64,000 nt of DNA, taken from assembly GCA_965214935.1 (NCBI GenBank), contig CBDCCS010000021.1:32001-96000 (forward strand), read 5' to 3'. Below are positions 30,817 to 39,715 of the stretch, in pieces (position 1 is the stretch's first letter; every line of letters starts with the position of its first letter). The notes under the pieces were generated by a model that did not search any database, was not told where the DNA came from, and was given only the letters and a program-made list of their open reading frames with translations. The stretch is from Candidatus Velthaea sp. (lineage in GTDB: Bacteria > Vulcanimicrobiota > Vulcanimicrobiia > Vulcanimicrobiales > Vulcanimicrobiaceae). A program made the translations under genes and the position numbers.

Positions 30817-31929
30817 CTACGCCTGCCGCTGCGTTGCGGCCTTTGTTACAAGTTCGTCGAGCACGTCGAAATTGCGTTCGGCAAGCCGCCGCACCTCGGG
30901 ACCCGCAGCGCGCAGATGCGCGGCAAGTTCGTCGCGCCGCGACCAAACCGCATCGATCCGGCGTTCGATCTCATCACCGCCCGGTACGTCGCCGCCGGGG
31001 ATGAACAGCGGGCCGAGCGGGTAATTCAGATCTTCGAGCAGCGCACTGACTTTCGGATCGTACGGCAGGGCCGTGAACGGCACGCCGAGCCGAGCGGCAA
31101 TGATAAGTGAATGGAGCCGCATGCCGATCACGAGGCGAGCGCGAGCGATGACCTGGGCGGCTTGCGCCAGTGAATAGGCAGGTAGCAACACCGGTGACGT
31201 GCGGCAACGCCGAATCGCGACGGTCGAGATCTCCGCATCGCCAGCGCCGCCGAGCGGCAAAAACGCAACTCGTGCACCGTACGCGTCGGTAAGCCGGTCG
31301 ACCGCAGCGGCAAGTGCAACCGCCGTACGCTCGGCACCGCTCCAGCGACGAACTGAAACAATGACGAGCGGATCGCTCGCCGGACCTAAACCCTCGGCCT
31401 CAAGATTTAGCGGCGCTTCTCCCGGCTCGAATAAGAACACCGGATCGGCGGTCAACTCAACGGGCGTCCCCGGCACAAGCGGCTCCAGTAGCATCCGCGA
31501 GCGCTCGTCGCGAACGGTTGCACGCGAGACCCCGCTGCACAATTGCCGCACGACGGCTTTTCCCCAAAAATCGAGCGGACCGATGGATTGCGCGAAGATC
31601 ATCGTCGGCTTCTTGGCCCGCACCGCCATCCGAATGATGCCGGCATAGTACAACAGGCTGCGTAAGCTCGTGGCGTTTTGCAATAAGCCGCCACCGCCGG
31701 AGACGACGACGTCGGCGGCGGCAACCGCGCGTCGCACCGCTCGTACGTCCGCGCGCGCGGTGCTTTCGACACCGTACGTCACCGCCGTTGCGTGCGGGTT
31801 GCCGCTAAGTACGTCGATGGCACAGTCGGCATGCCGGCTGCGTAACGCTCCGATCATGATCGCCAGCAGTGCTTCGTCGCCGAGATTGCCGAAACCGTAA
31901 TAACCCGATAAGAGGAACCGCGTCGTCAC
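30817..31929 (-). CDS. csaB: polysaccharide pyruvyl transferase
   Basis: SGYYGFGNLGDEA, SGGGGLLQ..TS.RSL.YY, AQSIGP, VRD, ADPV, GMRLH, YDPKV. Confidence 0.93.
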   Translation of the reverse strand: MTTRFLLSGYYGFGNLGDEALLAIMIGALRSRHADCAIDVLSGNPHATAVTYGVESTARADVRAVRRAVAAADVVVSGGGGLLQNATSLRSLLYYAGIIRMAVRAKKPTMIFAQSIGPLDFWGKAVVRQLCSGVSRATVRDERSRMLLEPLVPGTPVELTADPVFLFEPGEAPLNLEAEGLGPASDPLVIVSVRRWSGAERTAVALAAAVDRLTDAYGARVAFLPLGGAGDAEISTVAIRRCRTSPVLLPAYSLAQAAQVIARARLVIGMRLHSLIIAARLGVPFTALPYDPKVSALLEDLNYPLGPLFIPGGDVPGGDEIERRIDAVWSRRDELAAHLRAAGPEVRRLAERNFDVLDELVTKAATQRQA

Positions 31930-33911
31930 CGTACCCGCCGGTAGACGATGACGAGCAACGTTCCGGCTAACGCACCGAGCACGGCGCCGTTGAAGACGCG
32001 CAGCAGCGAGATCGCAAGCGGCGTATGCAGATGGGAGAACGTATCGATGAGATCGCCGGACCCCATGCCGATACATAGTACCAGCAGCCAGCCCGCCCAG
32101 CGCCGGTCACCGGCAAAGAGCGCCGGAACGAGCATCATCGCCGGAAAGCCGATCAAGAACTCTTTAAAGCGCGGCCGCACGCTTAGAACGGTCGTTAGAT
32201 GCGAACGCAGCGCCAACTCGAACGACGACGGCGCGATATCGCTTTGATTGCCGCTGCGAGCTTGCAGCACGTAGGCGCCGCCGATGATGATGACGCCGAG
32301 CACGAGTTGGTAGAAACGCACCGGTGAGGCCGACGCCGCCAGCGGATCGCCGATGCGCGCGCCCCACAAGGGCGTGAGCAGATACAGCCCGAGTGCAATG
32401 AGCGGCGGCAGCAGCAACACGAGCCGTACGCCGAAAAAACGGTCGGCTTCAACCATTGTAAGCGGAGTCGATAAGAGCCCGACGATGACGAGCGCACCAG
32501 CCAGCGTGACGATCGTTGCTAGCCCGAGAACGCGCAGTCCATGGACGATCGCAAATCGCACCTTCGTGCCGTGCGGCGGGCGCAGCGCAAAGTACGGCGC
32601 AATCGTCGCAACGCCGGCGACCGGAAAAATAATGCCGGCGACGAGCCCGAGCAGTTTACGCGCGACCATGTCGTGATGCACCGCGTAAGCAGCGACAATA
32701 ACGAGTAGATTGACTCCGACCGCAGCGAGTAACCCGCGGCGGTCGTGCAAGCCGAGCGTATCGAGGAGCAACAGCAGCATGGCCGGGATCGCCAGCGACA
32801 CGAGGATCACGAGCCACGGCTGCACGACGAACGGATAGATCGGCGAAGCACCGCCCAACCGGTAACCGTCACGCCTGACTCCGTCGGCGAGCTGACGCAC
32901 GAGCTGCACGTTGGTCGCCTCAATCGAGAGCGGTCCTTTGCCGACATCCCATTGGTGCGCAAACGGCCGTAAATAGATCACGCGGATGTTCCGTTCGCGC
33001 ACGCCTAAAAGATAACGTTCGACGATCTCACGCGGCTGCAACTTGTCCTGTTCGATTTTGGAGATCGCTTGAACGCGAACGATGTGACCGGAAATTTTTC
33101 GCGCCAAATCGTCCGCACCGGCTTGTACTTGTTTGGGATCGTAGGTCTCGATATCGCCGAAATTAAACTTCGTCCGCCGGAACATCGCGGCGGTTGCGTC
33201 GATTGCATTCGGATAACCCAAGACTTGATTGCGCAAACCGAAGAAGACGAGCGTGCGAACCCGCGCGCCGTGCGCTGCGGCAGCGACAAGCGCATCGATT
33301 TGCTTTGCATCGAAGCGTTCGTCGTTTTGCAGTCGTGGCACCAGAAGTAGATGCAGGCGCTTGACTAAATTCACCCGATCCGCCGAGATGCCCAAACCGA
33401 TACTTGCGAAATAGTCGCTTTGCGTGCGCACGGCGAAGATGACCGGCAGCGATGCACGCAAGACGCGTACGGTCCGGGGTGCAAATTTCAACCCAAGTTG
33501 CGTCCGGTAACGGTTTGCGGTTGCCGCATCGTACGCGAACAGATACACTTCGTCCGGCCGCAGGCCGCCGCTGCGCGCCAGTTGCGCTAACACCGGGTCG
33601 CCGAGCGCGCCGATTCGCGATTGCCCGAGCAGCGTCGTCCCGGCGTAAACGGCGCCGCCGCCCGACGCCGAGACGCCGCTGCCGAGTTCTTCAGCGACGG
33701 CGAGCGATGTTAGACCGGCCGCTTTGAGCGACCTTAGAAACGTCGGCTGATCGTACCCGTACGAGCGGGCGAGCGACGCGAAGTCGGCGTCATCCATGAC
33801 GATCTCGACGTTGCGCGCTTGAGCTTCATGCTGAACGCGTCGCGCAGCGACATAGCCCGCCGCCAGCAATCCGATTGCAAGCAGTAGATAAAGGACACGC
33901 CGATACGTCAC
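31926..33911 (-). CDS. DUF5693-family membrane protein
   Basis: ERNIRVIYLRP, F.GV, RSGN, RPRFKEFLIG.P, TFSHLHTP; usual csaB neighbour. Confidence 0.85.
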   Translation of the reverse strand: MTYRRVLYLLLAIGLLAAGYVAARRVQHEAQARNVEIVMDDADFASLARSYGYDQPTFLRSLKAAGLTSLAVAEELGSGVSASGGGAVYAGTTLLGQSRIGALGDPVLAQLARSGGLRPDEVYLFAYDAATANRYRTQLGLKFAPRTVRVLRASLPVIFAVRTQSDYFASIGLGISADRVNLVKRLHLLLVPRLQNDERFDAKQIDALVAAAAHGARVRTLVFFGLRNQVLGYPNAIDATAAMFRRTKFNFGDIETYDPKQVQAGADDLARKISGHIVRVQAISKIEQDKLQPREIVERYLLGVRERNIRVIYLRPFAHQWDVGKGPLSIEATNVQLVRQLADGVRRDGYRLGGASPIYPFVVQPWLVILVSLAIPAMLLLLLDTLGLHDRRGLLAAVGVNLLVIVAAYAVHHDMVARKLLGLVAGIIFPVAGVATIAPYFALRPPHGTKVRFAIVHGLRVLGLATIVTLAGALVIVGLLSTPLTMVEADRFFGVRLVLLLPPLIALGLYLLTPLWGARIGDPLAASASPVRFYQLVLGVIIIGGAYVLQARSGNQSDIAPSSFELALRSHLTTVLSVRPRFKEFLIGFPAMMLVPALFAGDRRWAGWLLVLCIGMGSGDLIDTFSHLHTPLAISLLRVFNGAVLGALAGTLLVIVYRRVR

Positions 33912-34744
33912 GTCTCGATCTGTTCGCGTAAAAAGCGGACAAGCCGCCCGTTGACTTCGGCGGGCCGGTCGAGTTGCAGATAGTGTCCGCCACGCACGCG
34001 TTCATCGGCGAAGCGCGTACCCAACCGCCGGCGCAGGGTCTCCGTCAGTTCGCGCGAGCGCGCATTATATGCCAGCACCGGTACGTCGATATGCTCGGCA
34101 AACGGCAGGACGGCAAAGCCTTCGGGCCGTCCGAACGCCTCGAAAAACATCTTGGGATATTCGATGGGGACCTGACGGCGCTGATCGCGCCACGCCGCTT
34201 CCATGCGCCGCTTATCCTCGAAACTGTTAACGAACATCCAGCGCGAGATCGTGCGCGCGACGATACCGTCATTCATGAACGATGCGACCAGCGGTTTCAT
34301 GAGCGCGAGCGTGTATGGTTTGAACGGCCCGAGATCGTGCGCCGACCCGCCGTCGCCGTCGGGATACACGGGGTCGACAAGAACCAATCCCGCGATGCGT
34401 GCCGCGTCCTGCGCACCGAGCGCGACGGCCAGCAGTCCGCCCATCGAATGACCCGCAACGACGATTCCGCCTGCACTGAGTCGGCGAACTCGTTCGAGCG
34501 CTTCACGCGCATCGGTAAAGTAATCGGCTAAGCCGGCATCGCGAACGCGCGGTGCTGCGCCGTGGCCGCGCGCCTCCCACACAAAACAGCTGTAGCGCGA
34601 ACCGAACTCTTCGACTTGCGGCTTCCACGACCAGGCCCCACCGCCGACCCCGTGCAGAAAGAGCAGCGGCGGTCCGCTTCCGGCACCCGCAAGGTGCAGC
34701 ATGCCACCCGAAGGCAGCAACTTGGACCGTTCGACTTGACGCAC
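33908..34744 (-). CDS. alpha/beta hydrolase
   Basis: LHGVGG, RGHG, GHSMGG, GHYLQLDRP. Confidence 0.9.
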   Translation of the reverse strand: MRQVERSKLLPSGGMLHLAGAGSGPPLLFLHGVGGGAWSWKPQVEEFGSRYSCFVWEARGHGAAPRVRDAGLADYFTDAREALERVRRLSAGGIVVAGHSMGGLLAVALGAQDAARIAGLVLVDPVYPDGDGGSAHDLGPFKPYTLALMKPLVASFMNDGIVARTISRWMFVNSFEDKRRMEAAWRDQRRQVPIEYPKMFFEAFGRPEGFAVLPFAEHIDVPVLAYNARSRELTETLRRRLGTRFADERVRGGHYLQLDRPAEVNGRLVRFLREQIET

Positions 34745-34793
34745 GAGCGCCGGGTTCGGTACGCTGAGCCGTCGCTACTTCGTTGGAGTCGGA

Positions 34794-36059
34794 ATGTCCG
34801 TCGGAATCGGTCTTTTAGGGTGCGGCACGGTCGGCGGCGGAGTCGCACAAATGCTGGTCGAGAATGCCGCGGCAATCGCGCGCACCGGCGGCGTCCCGTT
34901 TACATTGCGCGCGGTCGCCGTGCGCGATCTGAGTAAATCGCGGCCGCCGATGATTTCGGCTGAACTGCTGAGCACGAACGCGCTCGATGTCGTCGAGCGG
35001 GACGACATCGCCGTAATCATCGAGTGCATCGGCGGTACCGGCGTTGCGAAAGCACTCGTCGAGCGTGCTCTCATGCGCGGTAAACACGTTGTAACCGCCA
35101 ACAAAGACTTGCTGGCGACCGACGGCCCGCGGCTGACCGCCCTCGCCGCCGGCCGCGGAGTAACATTGCACTATGAAGCCGCGGTCGGCGGAGCGATCCC
35201 GATCGTGCGCGCGCTAGCCGATTCGCTCGCCGGCGAAGATGTGCTCGAGGTCGGGGGCGTCCTTAACGGCACGACGAATTTCATCCTGAGCGAGATGACG
35301 CGCGGTGCGAGCTACGCCGCGGCGCTGGCGGAAGCCCAGCAACTCGGCTACGCCGAGACCGATCCGACCAGCGACGTCGAGGGATTTGATGCCGCGCATA
35401 AGCTGGCAATCCTAGCGCAACTCGCATTCCGCCAAGCGGTCACGTCGCCGCAGATTGCCCGCCGCGGCATAAGCGGGATCTCACGGGACGACGTTTCGCT
35501 TGGCCGGCGGATGGGCTGGCGGATCAAACTTCTGGCGTGTGCGCGCAGCGGCGCGGAGTTGCAGGCCAGCGTCTCACCGGCGTTCGTGCCGATCGCACAT
35601 CCGTTTGCCGAACCGATCGGTCCGAATAATTGCATTCGGGTGATCGGGCGAACGTCCGGAACGTTGACGTTTTCCGGTTCGGGTGCCGGCCGCGATCCCG
35701 CCGCTTCCGCCGTCATCGGTGACGTCATTGCGGCGCTGCGCCGGGTGACCGCCGTGCCGGACGAGCCGCCGCCGCTGAGTGCCGTCCCGGCCGGTACGAT
35801 TGCGCCGCTGCGCTTACCGCACGTCGTTCGTGTTTCATCGATGCGCGACGGCCGTCCGGCCGAACGCGCGCTGCTCGCCGCCGGTTTTAACGCGCGGTGC
35901 GATGCCGATGCACCGGCTGTCGTCGTTGCACCGATCGGTCTCGACGGCGTAACGGCCGTCGCCCGCGCGCTCGAGACGGCCGGCATAAACGCATTAGGCG
36001 TCTTGCCCCTATGGGATGATGGGGTCGGCCACGCGGTGCTCGCGCAGGACGTTGCCTAA
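34794..36059 (+). CDS. hom: homoserine dehydrogenase
   Basis: GCGTVG, VVTANK, YEAAVGGAIP, NGTTNFIL, GYAE.DP..DVEG.DAAHK, GAG. Confidence 0.95.
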   Translation: MSVGIGLLGCGTVGGGVAQMLVENAAAIARTGGVPFTLRAVAVRDLSKSRPPMISAELLSTNALDVVERDDIAVIIECIGGTGVAKALVERALMRGKHVVTANKDLLATDGPRLTALAAGRGVTLHYEAAVGGAIPIVRALADSLAGEDVLEVGGVLNGTTNFILSEMTRGASYAAALAEAQQLGYAETDPTSDVEGFDAAHKLAILAQLAFRQAVTSPQIARRGISGISRDDVSLGRRMGWRIKLLACARSGAELQASVSPAFVPIAHPFAEPIGPNNCIRVIGRTSGTLTFSGSGAGRDPAASAVIGDVIAALRRVTAVPDEPPPLSAVPAGTIAPLRLPHVVRVSSMRDGRPAERALLAAGFNARCDADAPAVVVAPIGLDGVTAVARALETAGINALGVLPLWDDGVGHAVLAQDVA

Positions 36060-37131
36060 GGTGGACGCCGGACACACGAGCGACGTCAACATCGGCGCAC
36101 TCGAACTGTCAAACGGCGAGCGCATCGACGACGTCGTCCAGCGCGTCACGCGCTACGGCCGGCTCGATGACGCACGCGCGAACGTCGTGCTCGTGCCGCA
36201 CGCATTGACGGGTTCGAGCCGGGTGGCCGAATGGTGGAACGGGTTGATCGGCGCCGGCAAACTGTTCGATCCGGCGAAATGGTGCATTGTCGGGATTAAC
36301 GCGCTCGGCAGTTGTTACGGATCGACGGGCCCGGCGTCGCCCGCAGCCGACGGGACGCCGCTTGGTTCGCGGTTTCCGATCGTCAGCGTTACCGACATGG
36401 TCAACGCGCAGCGCCGCGCGCTCGAAATCTTAGGCCTCGATCGGATCGCCGTGGCAATCGGCGGTTCGCTCGGCGGAATGCAAGCGCTAACCTGGGCGCT
36501 CGATTATGGACCGGCAGTCGACCATTGCATCGTCGTCGGCGCGTACGACGCCTTCTCGGCGATGGGAATCGGCTTTAATGCAGTCGCCCGCCAAGCGATT
36601 GTCAACGATCCCCAATACGCCGGCGGCGATTATGCGCCCGACGTGCAGCCCACGCAAGGCGTGCGGCTTGCGCGCATGATCGCGATGTTGACCTACAAGA
36701 GCGACGTGCTGTTCGAGACGCGGTTCGGCAACCGGCTCGACCGTGCCGGCGGTGATCCGGCGCGGCGCCGCAGCGACCGTTTTGACGTCGAAGGGTACTT
36801 GGCATATCAGGGCGACATCTTCGCCAAGCGAATGGATGCAAACGCATACCTGGCGTTGACTCGTGCGATGGACCTCTTCGATGTGCGTGACCGGTGCCCC
36901 GACGATCGGACCACGCGGCTTACATTCGTCGGTATTGAAAATGACTGGCTGTTTCCACGCGAATATATTCGGCGCACTGCAGCACGGTATGCAGAGCTCG
37001 GTTACGACTGTTCGTATCATAATTTTGCGACCGAGCACGGACACGACGCATTTTTAGCCGAGGCCGATTCGCTGGGAGACATGCTTGCCGCCGACGTCCA
37101 CGGCCGCCGGAGAACAACAGAGCCCGCGTAA
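36052..37131 (+). CDS. metX: homoserine O-acetyltransferase (MetX family)
   Basis: HALTGS, N.LGSCYGSTGP, GGSLGGMQA, D.LF, HGHDAFL. Confidence 0.92.
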   Translation: MPKVDAGHTSDVNIGALELSNGERIDDVVQRVTRYGRLDDARANVVLVPHALTGSSRVAEWWNGLIGAGKLFDPAKWCIVGINALGSCYGSTGPASPAADGTPLGSRFPIVSVTDMVNAQRRALEILGLDRIAVAIGGSLGGMQALTWALDYGPAVDHCIVVGAYDAFSAMGIGFNAVARQAIVNDPQYAGGDYAPDVQPTQGVRLARMIAMLTYKSDVLFETRFGNRLDRAGGDPARRRSDRFDVEGYLAYQGDIFAKRMDANAYLALTRAMDLFDVRDRCPDDRTTRLTFVGIENDWLFPREYIRRTAARYAELGYDCSYHNFATEHGHDAFLAEADSLGDMLAADVHGRRRTTEPA

Positions 37132-37311
37132 AGCGAGCTCTGCTGCCGTCGCGTAGCAGGTTGCCCTGCTACCGGGTGTGGGCGACGCCGTGTTGCCGCG
37201 CTGCAGCGCCCACCGCTGCATCAGTCGCCGTTCGTGCGCTTCTCGAACGTATCGGCGAATCGAAGCGCAGTCATGAGGGCCGCGGTACGGAATGAAACGA
37301 AGAGCGCCGGC

Positions 37312-37536
37312 ATGGATCTTGCCGGCTTGCGCCCTCTGTTCGGAAAAAACGTCGACGCTGCAACGTCGCTTGGTCCGAAATTCATCGGACGCCTCGAACC
37401 GATCGCCAACAGTTCGAGCGCGGTTACGTTGCTTGCCCTCGATGCTGCAACCGCCGCGCAATATGACTATGCCATCAACGGAGTCGCAGCGCTCGACATT
37501 AATTCGATCGTCTACATTCAGCCGTTAGCGCCGTAA
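37312..37536 (+). CDS. small hypothetical protein, possible Sm-like fold
   Basis: LFGKNVDAATSLGPKFIGRL...LDINSIVYI pattern; 74 aa. Confidence 0.5.
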   Translation: MDLAGLRPLFGKNVDAATSLGPKFIGRLEPIANSSSAVTLLALDAATAAQYDYAINGVAALDINSIVYIQPLAP

Positions 37537-37619
37537 CGACGCCGCATTTTCGCCGGTCCGGCGGTCAAATTGAACGATCGGCAGCATCGCGCGAGCAAGG
37601 TGCGCTCACGCAGCAAGGT

Positions 37620-37650
37620 GGGTGAAGCTCGGATCGTCGGAGCTTCACCC
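37620..37650. terminator. hairpin between convergent genes
   Basis: Perfect 11-bp stem gggtgaagctc / gagcttcaccc; no clear U-tract. Confidence 0.45.
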
Positions 37651-37661
37651 AAAGGTTCGCG

Positions 37662-38003
37662 TTAGGCGTTCGCCGTTTCTTTATCGAGATCGGCGCCGGC
37701 CTTCTCGAGCTGCTCGCCGAGCTGCGTCACCAGATCGTTTTTGTCGTCGGCCGATTTTGCAATTTTCGCGGTTTCTTTACCAAGTTTCGCCAAGAGCTTA
37801 CCGACTTTTTTGCCGTCGATTTCCGAGCTGCCCAGTTCATCATGCAGATGGCCGAGATCGGTCACGATCGCCTCGAAAGGTTTACCGTCGTAGCCTTTGA
37901 GTTCGGTTTGCCATGATTCAATGCTGTGCCGGGCCGCCGTAAGACCCATCGACGTTACGCCGTCCTTGAAATGCTTGATGGTCGTTTGCAAACGTTCAGA
38001 CAT
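37662..38003 (-). CDS. hypothetical helical protein
   Basis: GAGG RBS; charged amphipathic helices. Confidence 0.75.
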   Translation of the reverse strand: MSERLQTTIKHFKDGVTSMGLTAARHSIESWQTELKGYDGKPFEAIVTDLGHLHDELGSSEIDGKKVGKLLAKLGKETAKIAKSADDKNDLVTQLGEQLEKAGADLDKETANA

Positions 38004-38146
38004 GGATTACCTCGGGTGTAAGCGTGCGATCGACACGTATACCCCCTCCTGATATGCATGCGTCCCAACATTCGTACCGCAACTGAGCCGACTCTAACAA
38101 CGCTTGTGCGCTTGACCGGCAACGGCTTGGCCGAGCCCTCGCCGTG

Positions 38147-38407
38147 CTAGTGCAAAGGCGTCGGACTACCTGCGCCGGCGGTAGCGAGTTGCGCGTCGAG
38201 AGCAAAGTGCCGCTCGATGCCTTCAACGCCGAAAATGCGTTTGACCGCGCATACGGCGGCGCGAGCGACCGATAAGTCGTGCACCGGACCAGACAGCGTG
38301 ACGACGCCGTTTTTAACGACGACATCGATGTCGGCGGATTTGCACCCGACATCATTCTTGAGCTCGTCGATAATTTGCAGTTGTAAATCGGAATCCGAAC
38401 GTAACAT
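38147..38407 (-). CDS. BON domain protein
   Basis: SD..LQ..I..EL, IDV.VKNGVVTLSG.V, I.GV.GI. Confidence 0.8.
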   Translation of the reverse strand: MLRSDSDLQLQIIDELKNDVGCKSADIDVVVKNGVVTLSGPVHDLSVARAAVCAVKRIFGVEGIERHFALDAQLATAGAGSPTPLH

Positions 38408-38540
38408 AGTTGCCTCAGAAATGAACGGTTAAGGACGATAGTTTCTGGGCTCGATGACTCTGCCCCCGCCGAGGCATTCGCCGTGAACGAAACGGACGTG
38501 GGCGCGAGGCGTTTGCACGGCGAGTGTCAAGCTTAATGCG

Positions 38541-38891
38541 ATGATCGCAACCTTACTGGGCTTAATCGTCACGCTCGCTCCATACCATGGGCCGGCGCTG
38601 ATCGGAAGCGTCCCCGGAACCGCAAAGTTTTCGGTCGCCGTACGCGGCTCGTCGGGCGAGGCCGTCCATCTTGCAGCCGTCGACGTCCCCAAGGGTTACG
38701 TGGCGTCGTTTTGCACCGATCGCGTATGCGCGCCGTTTCATGTGACGTTATCGCTACCCGCGTCCGGCGTTCAAGAAATCGAACTGCAGTATATTCAGAA
38801 CGATGCTGTTTCGAGCAATCCGCAAATCGTGCGCGTAGCGGCGGACGGCGGCGCGCGGGCTTCGATCCGGTTTGCGCGCGCCGCGCACTAA
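38541..38891 (+). CDS. small exported Ig-like protein with CTDRVC motif
   Basis: Hydrophobic N-terminus, beta-rich, VPKGYVASFCTDRVCAP. Confidence 0.7.
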   Translation: MIATLLGLIVTLAPYHGPALIGSVPGTAKFSVAVRGSSGEAVHLAAVDVPKGYVASFCTDRVCAPFHVTLSLPASGVQEIELQYIQNDAVSSNPQIVRVAADGGARASIRFARAAH

Positions 38892-38970
38892 CGCACCTCG
38901 GGCGCACGCCGAACCTTAAATTTGGCCAAAGGCCGCAGTTGCGCCGGTTCGACTCGCGAAGCCCAGCGGC

Positions 38971-39639
38971 GTGTCGCAGAAGTGCGTGCCGCATTCCGGC
39001 GCGCTTAGCGCGTTAATCATTGCCTTCGCAGCATGTCTTGCGGCGCTCGTTTCGCATATCGGGATCGACATTGCGGGCGATTATTTGCTGCCGCACGACT
39101 CGTACGACGGCGTCGGACACCAGTCGCGCAGCGATGTCTTTGCGCTCGCTGCAATCATCGCAATCGCTACGCTCTTGCATTTCGTTGCCGGCACGATACG
39201 TGAAGCGCGCCTAACCTGCGGCGACGGGCGCGCGACGTTCGAGAAAAACTTTGGGCGCGCGCCGTGGCGGTGCGTCGGCGTTGTCGTCGTCCTGACGCTC
39301 GCATCGCTCGCAACGATGGAAGCAATGGATCTTGCCGCCGGCGGGAGCCCGATCGACGATCTTGCCGACCTCTTCGGCGGTTCGATGGCGCTGGGCTTGA
39401 GTATTTCCGTGCCGGTCGCGGCGTTAGCGGCCGCTGCCGCCCGAATCCTGGCGCGTTTCTTGCTCGTATCGCAACGTACGCTTGCCGTTGCATTGCAACG
39501 GCTCATCGCGCTCGCAACGCGTAGCGCCCGGCGCACGAGCGGGTGTATGCAGCGCCCTGGCCGCGTTGCACGACGCCGGTATCGCTCGGTCTCCGCACGA
39601 CGCTGCGCGAAGCGCGGCCCCCCGCTTTTCGCGAGCTGA
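38971..39639 (+). CDS. membrane protein with C-terminal RGPP motif (DUF2946/arrest-peptide-like leader)
   Basis: About 4 TM segments, His-containing loop, Arg-rich tail ending KRGPPLFAS*; immediately upstream of a TBDR. Confidence 0.7.
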   Translation: MSQKCVPHSGALSALIIAFAACLAALVSHIGIDIAGDYLLPHDSYDGVGHQSRSDVFALAAIIAIATLLHFVAGTIREARLTCGDGRATFEKNFGRAPWRCVGVVVVLTLASLATMEAMDLAAGGSPIDDLADLFGGSMALGLSISVPVAALAAAAARILARFLLVSQRTLAVALQRLIALATRSARRTSGCMQRPGRVARRRYRSVSARRCAKRGPPLFAS

Positions 39640-39715
39640 ACGTGCGCAGCGTCTCTGGTGACGCAGCGCCGGCAACGCGCACCGCTTGCGCGAAGCAACG
39701 TTTTGGGGAGCGAAC

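Noticed and set aside
34745..34793. SAM riboswitch or T-box before hom-metX
   Set aside because: The spacer is only 49 nt and shows no motif
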